A stretch of DNA of 64,000 nt, taken from the NCBI GenBank assembly GCA_001029675.1, contig CP011210.1:384427-448426 (forward strand), given 5' to 3'. This DNA comes from Candidatus Beckwithbacteria bacterium GW2011_GWC1_49_16 (GTDB lineage: Bacteria > Patescibacteriota > Microgenomatia > UBA1400 > CG1-02-47-37). Made by a program: the position numbers and the translations under genes. A model generated the notes under the pieces. That model was not told the origin of the DNA. It ran no database searches and saw nothing but the letters and a program-made list of their open reading frames with translations. Below, piece after piece: positions 17,819-27,710 of the stretch (positions are counted from its first letter, which is position 1; the number at the start of each line of letters is the position of its first letter).

Positions 17819-19939
17819 ATGAATACGAGATCATTTTCCGATCTTTACACTCGTTTACAACATAAACTATTGTTTTACACGAGAGTTCTAGAGATAAATA
17901 CAAAATCTAACTCCTTTGCGACACAAAACCCAAGTAATTCAATTCAACGAATTTATGTCATAAATCTTGATAGAAAACCGGACAGATGGAAGCAGATCAG
18001 TCGTGAGCTGAAACGGATTCGGAGTTGGTCAGGAGAGGCATTGTTTTCGATCACTAGAAGATTTTCAGCCATTGATGCTCGGTATCTTACCAAAGAATCC
18101 TACAATGATGTTTTAAAACCAGAGTATTCACTCGCAGATCAATTGCAAGTTGAACCAAACCCACGCGTAGATATAGATGCCAAATCCCAGGTGCATCGTA
18201 TATCCATGTCGCCCCAAGAAATTGCAATTGCCCTTTCTCATATCCAGATTTGGAAATTAATAGCTTCTAGTAAGGTTCCATATACCTTGGTATTAGAAGA
18301 TGACGTATATTTCCGGAGAAATTTCTCTAGGAGTATTGATAAATTATGGAGTCAAGTTGTTGGTCAATCCCCAAAAGAAATGGTTTTTGATTTGCTTTTT
18401 TTGTCCTTTCAAGAAGTTGGCGTTTCATCTTCACCCAATAGAGTACCAGCTAAATCAGCGCATAAACCAGATTGGGGAATATGGCAAGCATCGGGTTATG
18501 TTCTTTCTCAGCGTGGAGCAGAGAAACTCATTAAATTATTGCCAGCTTATGGGCCAATTGATCTATGGCTAAATTTACAATTTGAGAAACTAGATGTTCT
18601 TATTGCTCATCAATCGATCATTGAACAACAAGTCGATGTTCCTTCAACTAATTACTATTCTGTGATGCCCGTATTATCTCAGATTGGGATATATACTGCG
18701 GAGAAACCGTTTGTTCCCCAATCGAAGAAACTTGTTGGTCCTGTGTTTGCGTTTGGAAATCCAGGAACAGGCTTAACCGCTCTAGCTAAAGCTCTTTCAA
18801 TGTTGGGTTATACATGTTGTAGCGATATAGTACAGTTACCGTCTAGTGAACAAAATAAACTACTCAATGGAAAACGAACCACTACTTTCAATGCATATGT
18901 AAACGTAGGATCGCTTAATCTTGACCTGCTTACCAAATTAGCAAAAACTTACCCTAAAGCACGATTTATCTTTACAACATATCCCAAGCATCAAGTTTCA
19001 TCCGTCTTCCAGAATAGAGAGATTCATTTGCCAAATGATTATAAGGATAAATGGGAAATCCTAAGCAAGTTTCTTAATTGTGAGTATCCCTCATTTTCGT
19101 ATCCCGTTTGTGATGATATAGGTCAACGTGGCATAGAGTTTTCCCGCAATCCAATTAAAAACAGTTTACCTTTTAGGAATCTAAAGTTTGACTCATCTCC
19201 TTGGATTGCGCCATCAAAAGATTGGCAAGGCATTTTTATTAACGAGACACAGCAAAATAATCACTTTGATAAAAAAGTAATTGTGGGTATTGATAATCAC
19301 AGGATTAATGACAAGTATTGGAAGTTACGCGATGATACGTTTCCAAGCAACTTAGCGCTTTTCTCTCCAAACAATCTAAATATAGATAACTCTGGAATAT
19401 TAAATCTCACTTTGCGAAATCAAGGTTCTCCAGTTAGAGCTTTTAGTTCAGGAGCAATAGTTACCCGCCAAACTTATCTATACGGAAAGTTTTCTGTAAA
19501 AATCCGTCCATCCAATATCGCTGGGTTGGTTACTGGGGTTTTTCTTCATAGAAACAGTCCCCATCAAGAGATCGATATTGAATTTCTAGGTAAAGACACA
19601 ACAAGGATGCTTATAAATGTATTCTATAATCCTGGGATCAACGGTACAAAACTTGAATATGGATATCGGGGAACCCCCACTTTAATAGAACTTGGATTCG
19701 ATGCAGCTAAAGACTTTCATACATACGAGATTGAATGGAAAGCGAATATGCTCTCTTGGCTTGTGGATGGACAAATTATTCACCAAAGAACACTTTGGAA
19801 TCCAACTCCAATTCCAGATTTACCAATGGAGTTTAATGTTACTTTATGGTACCCGCGCTCAAAAGAGTTAGCGGGTAACTTAGATCCCTCTAGGATTCCA
19901 AGCACTACCAAAATTAAGTCAATTTGCGTTATACAGTAG
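17819..19939 (+). CDS. multidomain surface-glycan enzyme: N-terminal GT25-like glycosyltransferase, central region of unknown function, C-terminal GH16-type glycoside hydrolase
   Basis: N-terminus RIYVINLDRKPDRWKQI (GT25 signature). C-terminus EIDIEFLG (GH16 catalytic ExDxxE). 706 aa in total. Confidence 0.55.
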   Translation: MNTRSFSDLYTRLQHKLLFYTRVLEINTKSNSFATQNPSNSIQRIYVINLDRKPDRWKQISRELKRIRSWSGEALFSITRRFSAIDARYLTKESYNDVLKPEYSLADQLQVEPNPRVDIDAKSQVHRISMSPQEIAIALSHIQIWKLIASSKVPYTLVLEDDVYFRRNFSRSIDKLWSQVVGQSPKEMVFDLLFLSFQEVGVSSSPNRVPAKSAHKPDWGIWQASGYVLSQRGAEKLIKLLPAYGPIDLWLNLQFEKLDVLIAHQSIIEQQVDVPSTNYYSVMPVLSQIGIYTAEKPFVPQSKKLVGPVFAFGNPGTGLTALAKALSMLGYTCCSDIVQLPSSEQNKLLNGKRTTTFNAYVNVGSLNLDLLTKLAKTYPKARFIFTTYPKHQVSSVFQNREIHLPNDYKDKWEILSKFLNCEYPSFSYPVCDDIGQRGIEFSRNPIKNSLPFRNLKFDSSPWIAPSKDWQGIFINETQQNNHFDKKVIVGIDNHRINDKYWKLRDDTFPSNLALFSPNNLNIDNSGILNLTLRNQGSPVRAFSSGAIVTRQTYLYGKFSVKIRPSNIAGLVTGVFLHRNSPHQEIDIEFLGKDTTRMLINVFYNPGINGTKLEYGYRGTPTLIELGFDAAKDFHTYEIEWKANMLSWLVDGQIIHQRTLWNPTPIPDLPMEFNVTLWYPRSKELAGNLDPSRIPSTTKIKSICVIQ

Positions 19940-20054
19940 AACTAAGACAGATATCCCACTTCTTTTTTTATACTGTCTCATTTGTCTCTTTTAACCTCGT
20001 GGTGAGACATCGGTTATAATGACAGAAAGGGCCTAGACCGGCCTGTTCAACCCT

Positions 20055-20930
20055 ATGAATAAGAAACATATTTATATCTGCTCGCCATCTGCTCCTTACG
20101 ACCCTAAGGATTTTCCGGCAACTATTAAAAGTAACATTAGAAATCTCAAAAAGTTGGGCTTTGAAGTGACTGTTTCTAAACACGCCCTTGATTATCATGG
20201 GAATACCTCGGCTAATATAACAGATAGAGTTAGCGATCTACACGAGGGGTTTAAGAATTCTAAGTATGACGTGGTCATGGCTTTATGCGGCGGCTGGAAT
20301 TCAAATGAAATTTTGCCCTTCTTAGACTATAAATTAGTAAAAGATAATCCCAAGCTGTTTGTTGGTTTTTCTGACATGACTACCCTTGGAGTTAATCTTT
20401 GGCAGAAAGCAAATATTCAAACGATTTACGGTCACACTTTAACTAAATTTGACCTTAATGAAACTGAAAACTATGCTCAATTTGTAAATGTTATTAATGA
20501 CATAAACGGGTTTAATGGTTTTACTAGAAAGAAAATTAATAAAAAGCAAGTCTATCGGCCAGGGGTGATGGAGGGAAGATTGGTTGGTGGTTGCTTAGCG
20601 GTTTTATGTTGGTTACTGGGGACACCCTATCAACTTAGAGTCCCGGAAAAAGAAATTCTTTTTTTAGAAGACGACGAAGAAACTAATGGTTATTACTGGC
20701 AAATGTATTTAGCCCATCTTAAACAGGCTGAATATTTTGAAAATATTAGCGGACTTGTTTTGGGCAAAGTTTCTAAGAAAACCAAATTTAACAGGGGTGC
20801 CAAATTCAAAGATATTCTAAAAATTATTTTTAAGGACTACAAGTTTCCCATTTTGATTAATGCTGACATTGGCCATATCGAGAATCCTATTTGTATTCCA
20901 TACGGTTTAAAATATAGATTAAGTTTGTGA
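20055..20930 (+). CDS. LD-carboxypeptidase (peptidase S66, LdcA/MccF family)
   Basis: N-terminus IYICSPSAP and the nucleophile motif GFSDMTTL, plus the GG..E..P and His-containing C-terminal blocks. Confidence 0.7.
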   Translation: MNKKHIYICSPSAPYDPKDFPATIKSNIRNLKKLGFEVTVSKHALDYHGNTSANITDRVSDLHEGFKNSKYDVVMALCGGWNSNEILPFLDYKLVKDNPKLFVGFSDMTTLGVNLWQKANIQTIYGHTLTKFDLNETENYAQFVNVINDINGFNGFTRKKINKKQVYRPGVMEGRLVGGCLAVLCWLLGTPYQLRVPEKEILFLEDDEETNGYYWQMYLAHLKQAEYFENISGLVLGKVSKKTKFNRGAKFKDILKIIFKDYKFPILINADIGHIENPICIPYGLKYRLSL

Positions 20931-20994
20931 AACAGGCGTATTCCATTTGGTTTGTGCCGCGGGAGGGGGTGAAGAAGCCCTTGAAGGAAATAAA

Positions 20995-21699
20995 ATGAAT
21001 ATAAAACGGGTTGGAGAATACGGGCAAAGATATAAAGATGAATTTTTGATCAGCGACTTGGGAGTAAAAGCTCAACTTCTTGGTGATTGGCATGAGGGTT
21101 TGAACTTCTTTTTCAGAAAATCATTTTACCGTGGGCGTAAGGACGAAATATCTGATGTTTTCAGAGAAAGAGCGTTAGAGGTGATTCAAGAATTTGATTT
21201 AAGAAATAATATTCGTAAATTTAAGCCTTCAGAGTTTAACAAACTTCTTAAACAGAATAGAGTAAATAACCGGGTGGATAGGCGGATGATTTGTCAGTCT
21301 ATTGAGCTAATAAAGGGAAAAGGTGGTTTGAATATTGTTTCTTACTCCGTTGAACAGATTAAAAAAGACGAGGTTGCAGGTGTTTATGATGAGTTGTGTA
21401 AAATTTACGGAGTGGCTGACAAAATAGCGACTTTTTTCTTGAGAGATTTGGCAATTGTTTTCGGTCTTGAAGGCAAAATTGACGAGCAAGATTATATTTA
21501 CTTCCAGCCAATTGATACATGGGTACGCCAAGTTGCTGAAAGATTGAAAATTATTGACGAGAGAGAAAATAACGCAGACACCATTAAGGAAAAGATAATC
21601 TCAGCAACCTTGAGTGAAGGAGTTTCTCCGCTGTTGTTTAACGCTGGCGCATGGTATATAGGAAAACATTCTTTTGATCTACTTTTTAACAATGAATGA
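20995..21699 (+). CDS. hypothetical protein, possible HhH-type fold (start at MNIKRV)
   Basis: Segment GVADKIATFFLRDLAIVFG weakly resembles a helix-hairpin-helix. No firm assignment. Confidence 0.35.
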   Translation: MNIKRVGEYGQRYKDEFLISDLGVKAQLLGDWHEGLNFFFRKSFYRGRKDEISDVFRERALEVIQEFDLRNNIRKFKPSEFNKLLKQNRVNNRVDRRMICQSIELIKGKGGLNIVSYSVEQIKKDEVAGVYDELCKIYGVADKIATFFLRDLAIVFGLEGKIDEQDYIYFQPIDTWVRQVAERLKIIDERENNADTIKEKIISATLSEGVSPLLFNAGAWYIGKHSFDLLFNNE

Positions 21700-21784
21700 T
21701 GGCATTAACTATATTACTCATTAAATATTTATTTATTTTTCAGTGAATTTACATTAGTAAAGTGTCAAAATGTTTATATAACTT

Positions 21785-21815
21785 TTGTAAGCTGGCAACA
21801 ATGGTTTGGTATAAT
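21785..21815 (+). promoter_or_regulatory. sigma70-like promoter candidate (TTGTAA, 19-nt spacer, extended -10 TGgTATAAT)
   Basis: Sits in the AT-rich spacer about 200 nt upstream of the 22033 gene. Confidence 0.3.
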
Positions 21816-22032
21816 AAGAGGAAGGGCGGTGATGAAAGATGAGGGAGAATTTAACCGGTGTGGCTTCGGAAGAGCCTCCTAAAAAGCCTCCTACTGCTAG
21901 AGAGTTGCTTTCTAGGGTTTTGCCAATTTTTGGCCGTTCTGGTGGGAGTTTAAAATTTGAGCCTAAGGCTACGGATTTGAGTCGGGTGAGGCCAAAACGC
22001 AGCCAGCCAGTAGAAGAAAAACCGGCAGAGAA

Positions 22033-22539
22033 ATGAGTCAACTTTATTCCGTCTGGATCGTGCCGCGGGAATTAAGCCGGCCGCTGAAGGCGACAATCGA
22101 CCGGTTGGCCGAGGAGTATAAGAGTCCCAAGTTTGAGCCGCACCTGACGCTTTTGTCCCAGGTTGAGGGAGAAAAAGAGGAGATGATAGACAAGGCTAAA
22201 AAGCTGGCGGCGGAATTGAGCCCGTTTGACCTGTCTTTGGGGGAGGTGGCCATGAGCACTACTTATTACCAATGCGTTTTTGTCCGGGTGAGGCCGACGG
22301 CGAAACTGATTGAAGCTAACCTTAAGGCCAAGGAAATTTTCAAACTAGAAAATGACGTGTTTATGCCCCACATCAGCCTGGCGTATGGTGATTTTGCGCC
22401 CCAAACCCGCGAAGAGATGATGGGCAAGGTGATTTTGCCCCAAGAGAGAGATTTTCGGGCGGAAGTTTTGACCATGGTGCCGGTTACAGAGGATCCGGCC
22501 GGCTGGGAGCATTTGATCGAAGCGCCGCTAATTGGGTGA
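22033..22539 (+). CDS. 2H phosphoesterase superfamily protein (LigT / 2'-5' RNA ligase-like)
   Basis: Two H-x-T/S-x motifs (HLTL and HISL) at the expected spacing. Confidence 0.65.
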   Translation: MSQLYSVWIVPRELSRPLKATIDRLAEEYKSPKFEPHLTLLSQVEGEKEEMIDKAKKLAAELSPFDLSLGEVAMSTTYYQCVFVRVRPTAKLIEANLKAKEIFKLENDVFMPHISLAYGDFAPQTREEMMGKVILPQERDFRAEVLTMVPVTEDPAGWEHLIEAPLIG

Positions 22540-23863
22540 CTTTGGGGTAGTTTTTGCTATAATCCTGGCCATGCCGCGAGAATTTGGGGAAATTTCAATT
22601 GGCGAACATACTCTTAGTCGAGAGACTCTGCCGAATGGCTTAAGGGTGGTAGTATTGGATCGGCCCGAGACCTACAGGGCATCCTTGAATCTAGTAGTGG
22701 CGGCCGGAAACAGATATACCGACGGTGCTCCGGCGGGAACGGCCCAATTCTTAGAGCACCTTTTTTACCACGAGGAAGAGAAAAGGGTGCCTCGGAATCA
22801 AAGTGAAGACGACTCGGAAACCAACGCGGATTATGTGTCGTTTACGGCCACGTTTCCTGCCGACAGAATTGAAGCAGAGATGGAGCGGATGGAAAGACTG
22901 GTTTTTGGCGGCATTGAAAACCTAGACGGTAACAGGTCTATTCAGCAAGGGATAGTCAGAGTGGAGCGGGGGGTCAACCACGACAAGCCATGGCTTATGA
23001 ATATGAGCCTGGTAAGAAGCATGGCTTGGCGGGATCACGCTTTGGGGAAAAGCATGCATGGCACCCCGGAGTCGATCTATCGAATTACCCCGGAGAATTT
23101 ATCAGATTTTTACCAAAGTCATTTTAGGCCCGACCGGTCTATTTTAACCGTTGCCGGGCCGGTTAATGTTAGTCATGTTACGGCTTTGGCGTCAAAGGTG
23201 TTTGGGAAGGGCCAAGCCGGAGAAGCTGGTTTGTTCCCCGGTACAGAGCCGCCTCAATTCAATCCGGCCTTGAGAGTGAGGGTGGAAGAGACGGGTACGA
23301 ATTTGAGCTATATTACCCTAGCTTTTTCTACCGGAGCATACGGAGAGTCCAGTCCAGAGCACGCGGGGATTGAGGTTTTGAGTAATGTTTTAAACGAGAG
23401 GGTGTATAAAAGTTTAGTGCTGGAGAACGGTTGGTCCTATCAACCGAGTGCTTACGCTTGGTTGGTGGCCGACGGCGGTTTTTTGATATTGCAGGCCGAA
23501 ACTTTGCCGGTCAATACCGAACAAACCATGGCCTATTTGGTCAGCGAAGCGGTCAGGGCCCCGGTGAGCCAAAAGGAGGCAGGTGATGCCATTTCCAAGG
23601 AGTTAAGATATTTAGAGGATAAACTGCGAAGGAGTGAAACGGCTGTCAGGTATTTAGGCGAAGAGGAGTTGTACCGGGGCGTGACCCGGATTGATGCCGT
23701 ATTTGCCCGAGTGACGGCGGTTGATACCGGCAAGCTTAATGGTCTTAAGGAATGGGTGGTGGCGGGGGAAAACAGCCTGGCAGTTGTTTCCGGGCCGGTG
23801 CATCGAGGCTTGGTGTCTAGGTTGAACCAGGCGCTGAATCAAAACTTGGATTTTCAAGGGTAA
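22532..23863 (+). CDS. M16 family peptidase-like protein, probably inactive (QFLEH in place of HxxEH)
   Basis: M16 N-terminal domain pattern NGLRVVV...GTAQFLEHLFY. The first zinc-ligand His is replaced by Gln. Overlaps the upstream gene by 8 nt. Confidence 0.55.
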   Translation: MGDFGVVFAIILAMPREFGEISIGEHTLSRETLPNGLRVVVLDRPETYRASLNLVVAAGNRYTDGAPAGTAQFLEHLFYHEEEKRVPRNQSEDDSETNADYVSFTATFPADRIEAEMERMERLVFGGIENLDGNRSIQQGIVRVERGVNHDKPWLMNMSLVRSMAWRDHALGKSMHGTPESIYRITPENLSDFYQSHFRPDRSILTVAGPVNVSHVTALASKVFGKGQAGEAGLFPGTEPPQFNPALRVRVEETGTNLSYITLAFSTGAYGESSPEHAGIEVLSNVLNERVYKSLVLENGWSYQPSAYAWLVADGGFLILQAETLPVNTEQTMAYLVSEAVRAPVSQKEAGDAISKELRYLEDKLRRSETAVRYLGEEELYRGVTRIDAVFARVTAVDTGKLNGLKEWVVAGENSLAVVSGPVHRGLVSRLNQALNQNLDFQG

Positions 23864-24326
23864 TAAAGGAGAAATGGTAGTCCCCTTCCTGGCTTTTGGT
23901 TTGTGAGGTTAGCTTAAAACGGGAATAGTCGGGGAAGAAAGTGTCGCAGCCAAAGTCGCCTTCGATTTTGGTGACGTAGAGGCGGTCGGCCTGATCTATC
24001 GTCTGGCGGTAGAGCTCTCCCCCGCCGATGACAAACAATTCCCGATCGTCGTGGCTTTGGGCTAGATTAATAGCCTCGTCTAGCGAATGGGTTATCAGGC
24101 AGCCCGGGGCGGAATAGTTTGAGTCGCGGGTGACAACAATATTGGTTCTTCCGGGCAAGGGCTGGCCGATGGTTTGGTGGGTTTTGCGGCCCATGATGAT
24201 GGGGTAACCGTAGGTGATTTTTTTGAAGTGTTTTAAGTCGGCGCTGATATGCCAGGGAATAAGGCCGTTTTTGGCGATACCAAGCTTGTCATCGTGGGCG
24301 ACAATGAGGGAAAGTTCGGCGGACAT
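23817..24326 (-). CDS. folA: dihydrofolate reductase (trimmed to the Met at 24326; the longer ORF is a 5' readthrough into thyA)
   Basis: LSLIVAHDDKLGIAKNGLIPW...IMGRKT...VIGGGELY. Confidence 0.8.
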   Translation of the reverse strand: MSAELSLIVAHDDKLGIAKNGLIPWHISADLKHFKKITYGYPIIMGRKTHQTIGQPLPGRTNIVVTRDSNYSAPGCLITHSLDEAINLAQSHDDRELFVIGGGELYRQTIDQADRLYVTKIEGDFGCDTFFPDYSRFKLTSQTKSQEGDYHFSFITLENPSFDSAPGST

Positions 24327-24327
24327 G

Positions 24328-25278
24328 TTAAAAACCGCCGACGACGGTGATTTTTCCCTTAATCGGCGGGTGGGGGTGGTAGCCTGCGACTTCAAAGTCC
24401 TCAAATTTAAAGTCGTCGATGGATTTGACTTTAGGATTAATTTTAATTTTCGGGAAAGGCCGGGGTTTTCTTTTGAGCTGTAACTTGACCTGGTCAAAGT
24501 GGTTTTGGTAAATGTGGGCATCGCCAAAAGTATGGACGAACTCGCCGGGCTTGTAGCCGGTGACTTGGGCTAAAATCAGGGTCAGAAGCGAGTAGGAGGC
24601 GATATTGAAAGGCACGCCCAAGAACATGTCGGCCGAGCGCTGGTAGAGTTGTAAAGAAAGCTTACCGGCGGTGATGTTTACATGATAAAGGGTGTGGCAG
24701 GGAGCGATGGCCATGGAGTCTTCTCTAGTCTTGGCCATCTCGTAGATGTTGGCCGGGTTCCAGGCGGAAACCAGGTAATGTTTTTTTTGAGGGAATTTCT
24801 TGATCTTGTCGATGACCCAGGCCAATTGATCGATGGTGCGGCCACTTTCTGTCGGCCAGCGGCGCCACTGGACGCCGTAGACCGGGCCGATGTCGCACCA
24901 GCGGGCCATAAACTTTTTGTCTTTTTTGGCTTGGTCGATGAACTGGATAAGATTCATTTTTTTAACCTTGCCCTGATCCATGAGTTTTTTATAAGGTTTG
25001 TAGGCCCAGTCGTCCCAGATGTGGACGTCGTTTTCGACCAAGTAGCGGATGTTTGATTCTCCCGATAAAAACCAGATCAGCTCGTGGATGATGCCGCGCA
25101 AGAAAACTTTTTTGGTGGTGAGTAAGGGAAAGCCTTGAGACAGGTCAAAGTGCATCTGGCGGCCAAAGACGGATTTTAACTTGACGCCGGTGGAGTGGCT
25201 TATTTTCCAAGTGCCGTGATCAAGGATGTCTTTTAATAAATTGAGGTATTGGTATTCGGGGTGGACTTTGGCGGGCAT
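24328..25278 (-). CDS. thyA: thymidylate synthase (start placed at MPAKVHPEYQYL)
   Basis: Motifs HELIWFL, the YQRS...LGVPFNIASY block, and C-terminal DAHIYQNH. Its stop is adjacent to or overlaps the folA start. Confidence 0.85.
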   Translation of the reverse strand: MPAKVHPEYQYLNLLKDILDHGTWKISHSTGVKLKSVFGRQMHFDLSQGFPLLTTKKVFLRGIIHELIWFLSGESNIRYLVENDVHIWDDWAYKPYKKLMDQGKVKKMNLIQFIDQAKKDKKFMARWCDIGPVYGVQWRRWPTESGRTIDQLAWVIDKIKKFPQKKHYLVSAWNPANIYEMAKTREDSMAIAPCHTLYHVNITAGKLSLQLYQRSADMFLGVPFNIASYSLLTLILAQVTGYKPGEFVHTFGDAHIYQNHFDQVKLQLKRKPRPFPKIKINPKVKSIDDFKFEDFEVAGYHPHPPIKGKITVVGGF

Positions 25279-25338
25279 AGTCAACATTTTAGGGGAAGTG
25301 GCGGGCGGCCGCAAGAGTTTGGTAGAATATAAGGGTAA

Positions 25339-25423
25339 GCCGTGGTGGCGGAACCGGTAGACGCTCGAGACTTAAAATCTCGTGGGAGTATATCCCGTGT
25401 GGGTTCGAGTCCCACCCTCGGCA
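25339..25423 (+). tRNA. tRNA-Leu (anticodon TAA), class II (one T:T mismatch in the acceptor stem)
   Basis: Resembles canonical tRNA-Leu. Anticodon loop CTTAAAA, T-loop GGTTCGAGTCC. Confidence 0.75.
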
Positions 25424-25440
25424 CCCCTCCGCTAAAGCTA

Positions 25441-25513
25441 CGGGGTGTAGCGCAGTTGGCAGCGCGCCTCGTTTGGGACGAGGAGGTCCTCGGTTCGAAT
25501 CCGAGCACCCCGA
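25441..25513 (+). tRNA. tRNA-Pro (anticodon TGG)
   Basis: Acceptor CGGGGTG/CACCCCG, anticodon loop TTTGGGA. Confidence 0.9.
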
Positions 25514-25549
25514 CCGCGTAAAGCTCGCGATGCTCGCCACGCGGCAAGC
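25514..25549 (+). ncRNA. conserved post-tRNA hairpin motif, copy 1 (CCGCGTAAAG...CACGCGGCAAGC)
   Basis: Starts at the encoded CC that follows the tRNA-Pro discriminator base. The same architecture follows tRNA-Arg(TCT) and tRNA-Arg(TCG). Confidence 0.4.
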
Positions 25550-25593
25550 CGTAAGCTTGCGACGTGATTTGAGCTAAGCGAAAATTTTACGTT

Positions 25594-25664
25594 GCGGGAT
25601 TAGTTGATCGGCTCAACGTCACCCTTCCAAGGTGAAGAAAGGGGTTCGACTCCCCTATCCCGCT
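25594..25664 (+). tRNA. tRNA-Gly (anticodon TCC)
   Basis: Acceptor GCGGGAT/ATCCCGC, anticodon loop CTTCCAA, T-loop GGTTCGACTCC. Confidence 0.85.
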
Positions 25665-27181
25665 CAATAACGCTCGATGATTCTTTTGACTGCCAAGTAG
25701 TAGAAGGCGTCTGCCAGTGAGTTAACCGTACCTTTTTTGATCAGTTGGCGCATTTGTTTATAGGTGGTTCTTATTGACCACTCGATCATCGTCTGGGAGT
25801 CTTTTTGGTTGACGCTGGTGCGGGCGACGTTGGCGGCCCACTCGATTAAAGAGCCGGCGACGCCGCCGGAATTGGCAAACGAACCGGTCAAATGGTCGAT
25901 ACCCATTTTGGGCAAGATTTCTTCGGCCAAAGGAGTGACCGGGCCGTTGGCGCCGTCGACGATAAGAAGATTCCGGGGCAAAAATTTGACGTTGTGGCGA
26001 TTTACCACCCGCTCTTGGGAAGAAACGAACAAAACATTCATGCCCGACTGGCTCCACAATTTTTCCTTGCCGGCTAAGACCTTGACTTTACCCTTTTGAG
26101 TTTTGGCCCAGTCTGATAGCGAGCCTCTTTTGGCTTTGGTTTGGCCGATTTGGGCCAAATCCTTAACGGTTAAGCCGTCTGGTTTTAAGATGACCGAGCG
26201 GCTATCGGTGAGGCCTAAAACCTGGATGCCTTGACTAACTAGCAGGCTGGCGGCAGGCAGGGCGGCATTGCCGGCGCCGTCGAAGACTACTTTTAGTTCG
26301 GACGGTTTGATTTTTTTGTCTTCCATCCAGGCTTTTAAAGCTACGGCGGTGCCGAAGCCGGTAGCCGCTGCGCGAGCTTTATTGCCTAAGTATTTTCTGT
26401 CAGGGGTTTTGCCGGTGATGACGCCGACGACCAGGTTCCGGGGCATTTTCAATTTCAGATCTTTAACCGCTCTAGCGTAGCCGTCGACAAAGCCGTCCAT
26501 GACAGAATGACCGGCGACCTTGCCGGTGGTGGCGATGTCTCCGGCGGGGACGTCGCGGTCCCAGCCGACGACGCCTTTTAGGCCCAGTTGATAACCAAAC
26601 TCTGCCAAAACCTTCCAGACAAACTGATTGTGATCGGGTAAGTAACTTGATCTGGGGCCGATAAGCACGCCTTTGGAGCCGCCGCGGACGGCCAAGCCTT
26701 TGGCGCGGGGATGTTTTTTGGTAAAGCCGGAGTGTTTTAGAACCTTAGAAAAGTTGACGCCGGAGTTTTTGACCAGCATTTCCAGGCCCAGGGCAAAGAC
26801 GTCGTCGAGCGCCAGTTGGCGGGCGGCGTCGATGTCTTTGATGGTTTTGACTTTGTCGCCCAGCCCCTCGACGCCAAGGTAACGGATGCCGCCTTTGACG
26901 ATTTGGCCGGGCTTAAATGGTTTGGCGTCGTCAAACCAGGAGCGCAAACCCATGATCATGTAAGTGACACCTTTGAAAGTAACCGGAAAACTAAGTTCGG
27001 CGGTGAAGGAGGGGTAGAGAATGCGGGAAGTGACGGCCTGGTTAAGTTTAATCTTTTTGTCGTCCCGGGCGATTTGGGTGAGGGCTTTTAAAACCCTAAA
27101 TTGGGCTCCGGCCAAAAAAGACTGCTCGGCTTGTTTTTTCAAATCGGTCAGCGTTTTTGCCAACATTTTTTTATTATACAC
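25664..27181 (-). CDS. Glu/Leu/Phe/Val dehydrogenase family protein (glutamate dehydrogenase-like) with an N-terminal extension
   Basis: Motif KGGIRY, NAD-binding loop VVFDGAGNAA, C-terminal IVDGANGPVT. Confidence 0.6.
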   Translation of the reverse strand: MYNKKMLAKTLTDLKKQAEQSFLAGAQFRVLKALTQIARDDKKIKLNQAVTSRILYPSFTAELSFPVTFKGVTYMIMGLRSWFDDAKPFKPGQIVKGGIRYLGVEGLGDKVKTIKDIDAARQLALDDVFALGLEMLVKNSGVNFSKVLKHSGFTKKHPRAKGLAVRGGSKGVLIGPRSSYLPDHNQFVWKVLAEFGYQLGLKGVVGWDRDVPAGDIATTGKVAGHSVMDGFVDGYARAVKDLKLKMPRNLVVGVITGKTPDRKYLGNKARAAATGFGTAVALKAWMEDKKIKPSELKVVFDGAGNAALPAASLLVSQGIQVLGLTDSRSVILKPDGLTVKDLAQIGQTKAKRGSLSDWAKTQKGKVKVLAGKEKLWSQSGMNVLFVSSQERVVNRHNVKFLPRNLLIVDGANGPVTPLAEEILPKMGIDHLTGSFANSGGVAGSLIEWAANVARTSVNQKDSQTMIEWSIRTTYKQMRQLIKKGTVNSLADAFYYLAVKRIIERY

Positions 27182-27249
27182 TCTTTTTAAAAGTAAGCCA
27201 TGGGGTTGCCTTTGGTGTGATATACTTTGATAGGCTTGAGGAAATTTGA

Positions 27250-27322
27250 GCGCCTGTAGCTCAGGGGATAGAGCAACTGTCTTCTAAACAGTAGGCCACA
27301 GGTTCGAATCCTGTCAGGCGCA
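27250..27322 (+). tRNA. tRNA-Arg (anticodon TCT)
   Basis: Acceptor GCGCCTG/CAGGCGC, anticodon loop CTTCTAA. Confidence 0.9.
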
Positions 27323-27390
27323 CCGCGTAAAGTCCCGCTTAGCGGGACCACGCGGCAAGCACGCGTAAAAATAGTACACGCCGCAAGCAC
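27323..27390 (+). ncRNA. conserved post-tRNA hairpin motif, copy 2, plus a degenerate second half-copy (27361-27390)
   Basis: CCGCGTAAAG-TCCCGCTTAGCGGGA-CCACGCGGCAAGC, followed by ACGCGTAAAA...CACGCCGCAAGC. Confidence 0.4.
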
Positions 27391-27391
27391 T

Positions 27392-27658
27392 ATGTATTTT
27401 GTTTACCTGCTGCAAAGCTTAAAATTCTCCAGATTATATATTGGTTTCACTCCAGACGACGTTAATAGACGTTTAGCCAAACACAATTCAGGATTAGTTC
27501 TTTCCACTAAAACATATAAACCATGGAAACTTATTTATTTTGAAGCTTATTTGAATCGAAAAGACGCTTTGGGCAGAGAAAGATATTTGAAGAGCGGTTC
27601 AGGGAGGAAGTTTTTGAATAAACAACTTAGAAATTATTTTACAGATAAGGTAAAATAG
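27392..27658 (+). CDS. GIY-YIG nuclease family protein (small, stand-alone)
   Basis: VYLLQS...LYIGFT...RLAKHN. About 90 aa is typical of this family. Confidence 0.7.
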   Translation: MYFVYLLQSLKFSRLYIGFTPDDVNRRLAKHNSGLVLSTKTYKPWKLIYFEAYLNRKDALGRERYLKSGSGRKFLNKQLRNYFTDKVK

Positions 27659-27710
27659 CCTTGTTCACTAACTTTGGTTTACCAAGTGGTGAGCGAAGCG
27701 AACTTTACTT

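Noticed and set aside
25281-25547. Two overlapping minus-strand ORFs (88 and 83 aa)
   Set aside because: They are antisense to tRNA-Leu(TAA) and tRNA-Pro. Their composition is tRNA-derived, not coding.
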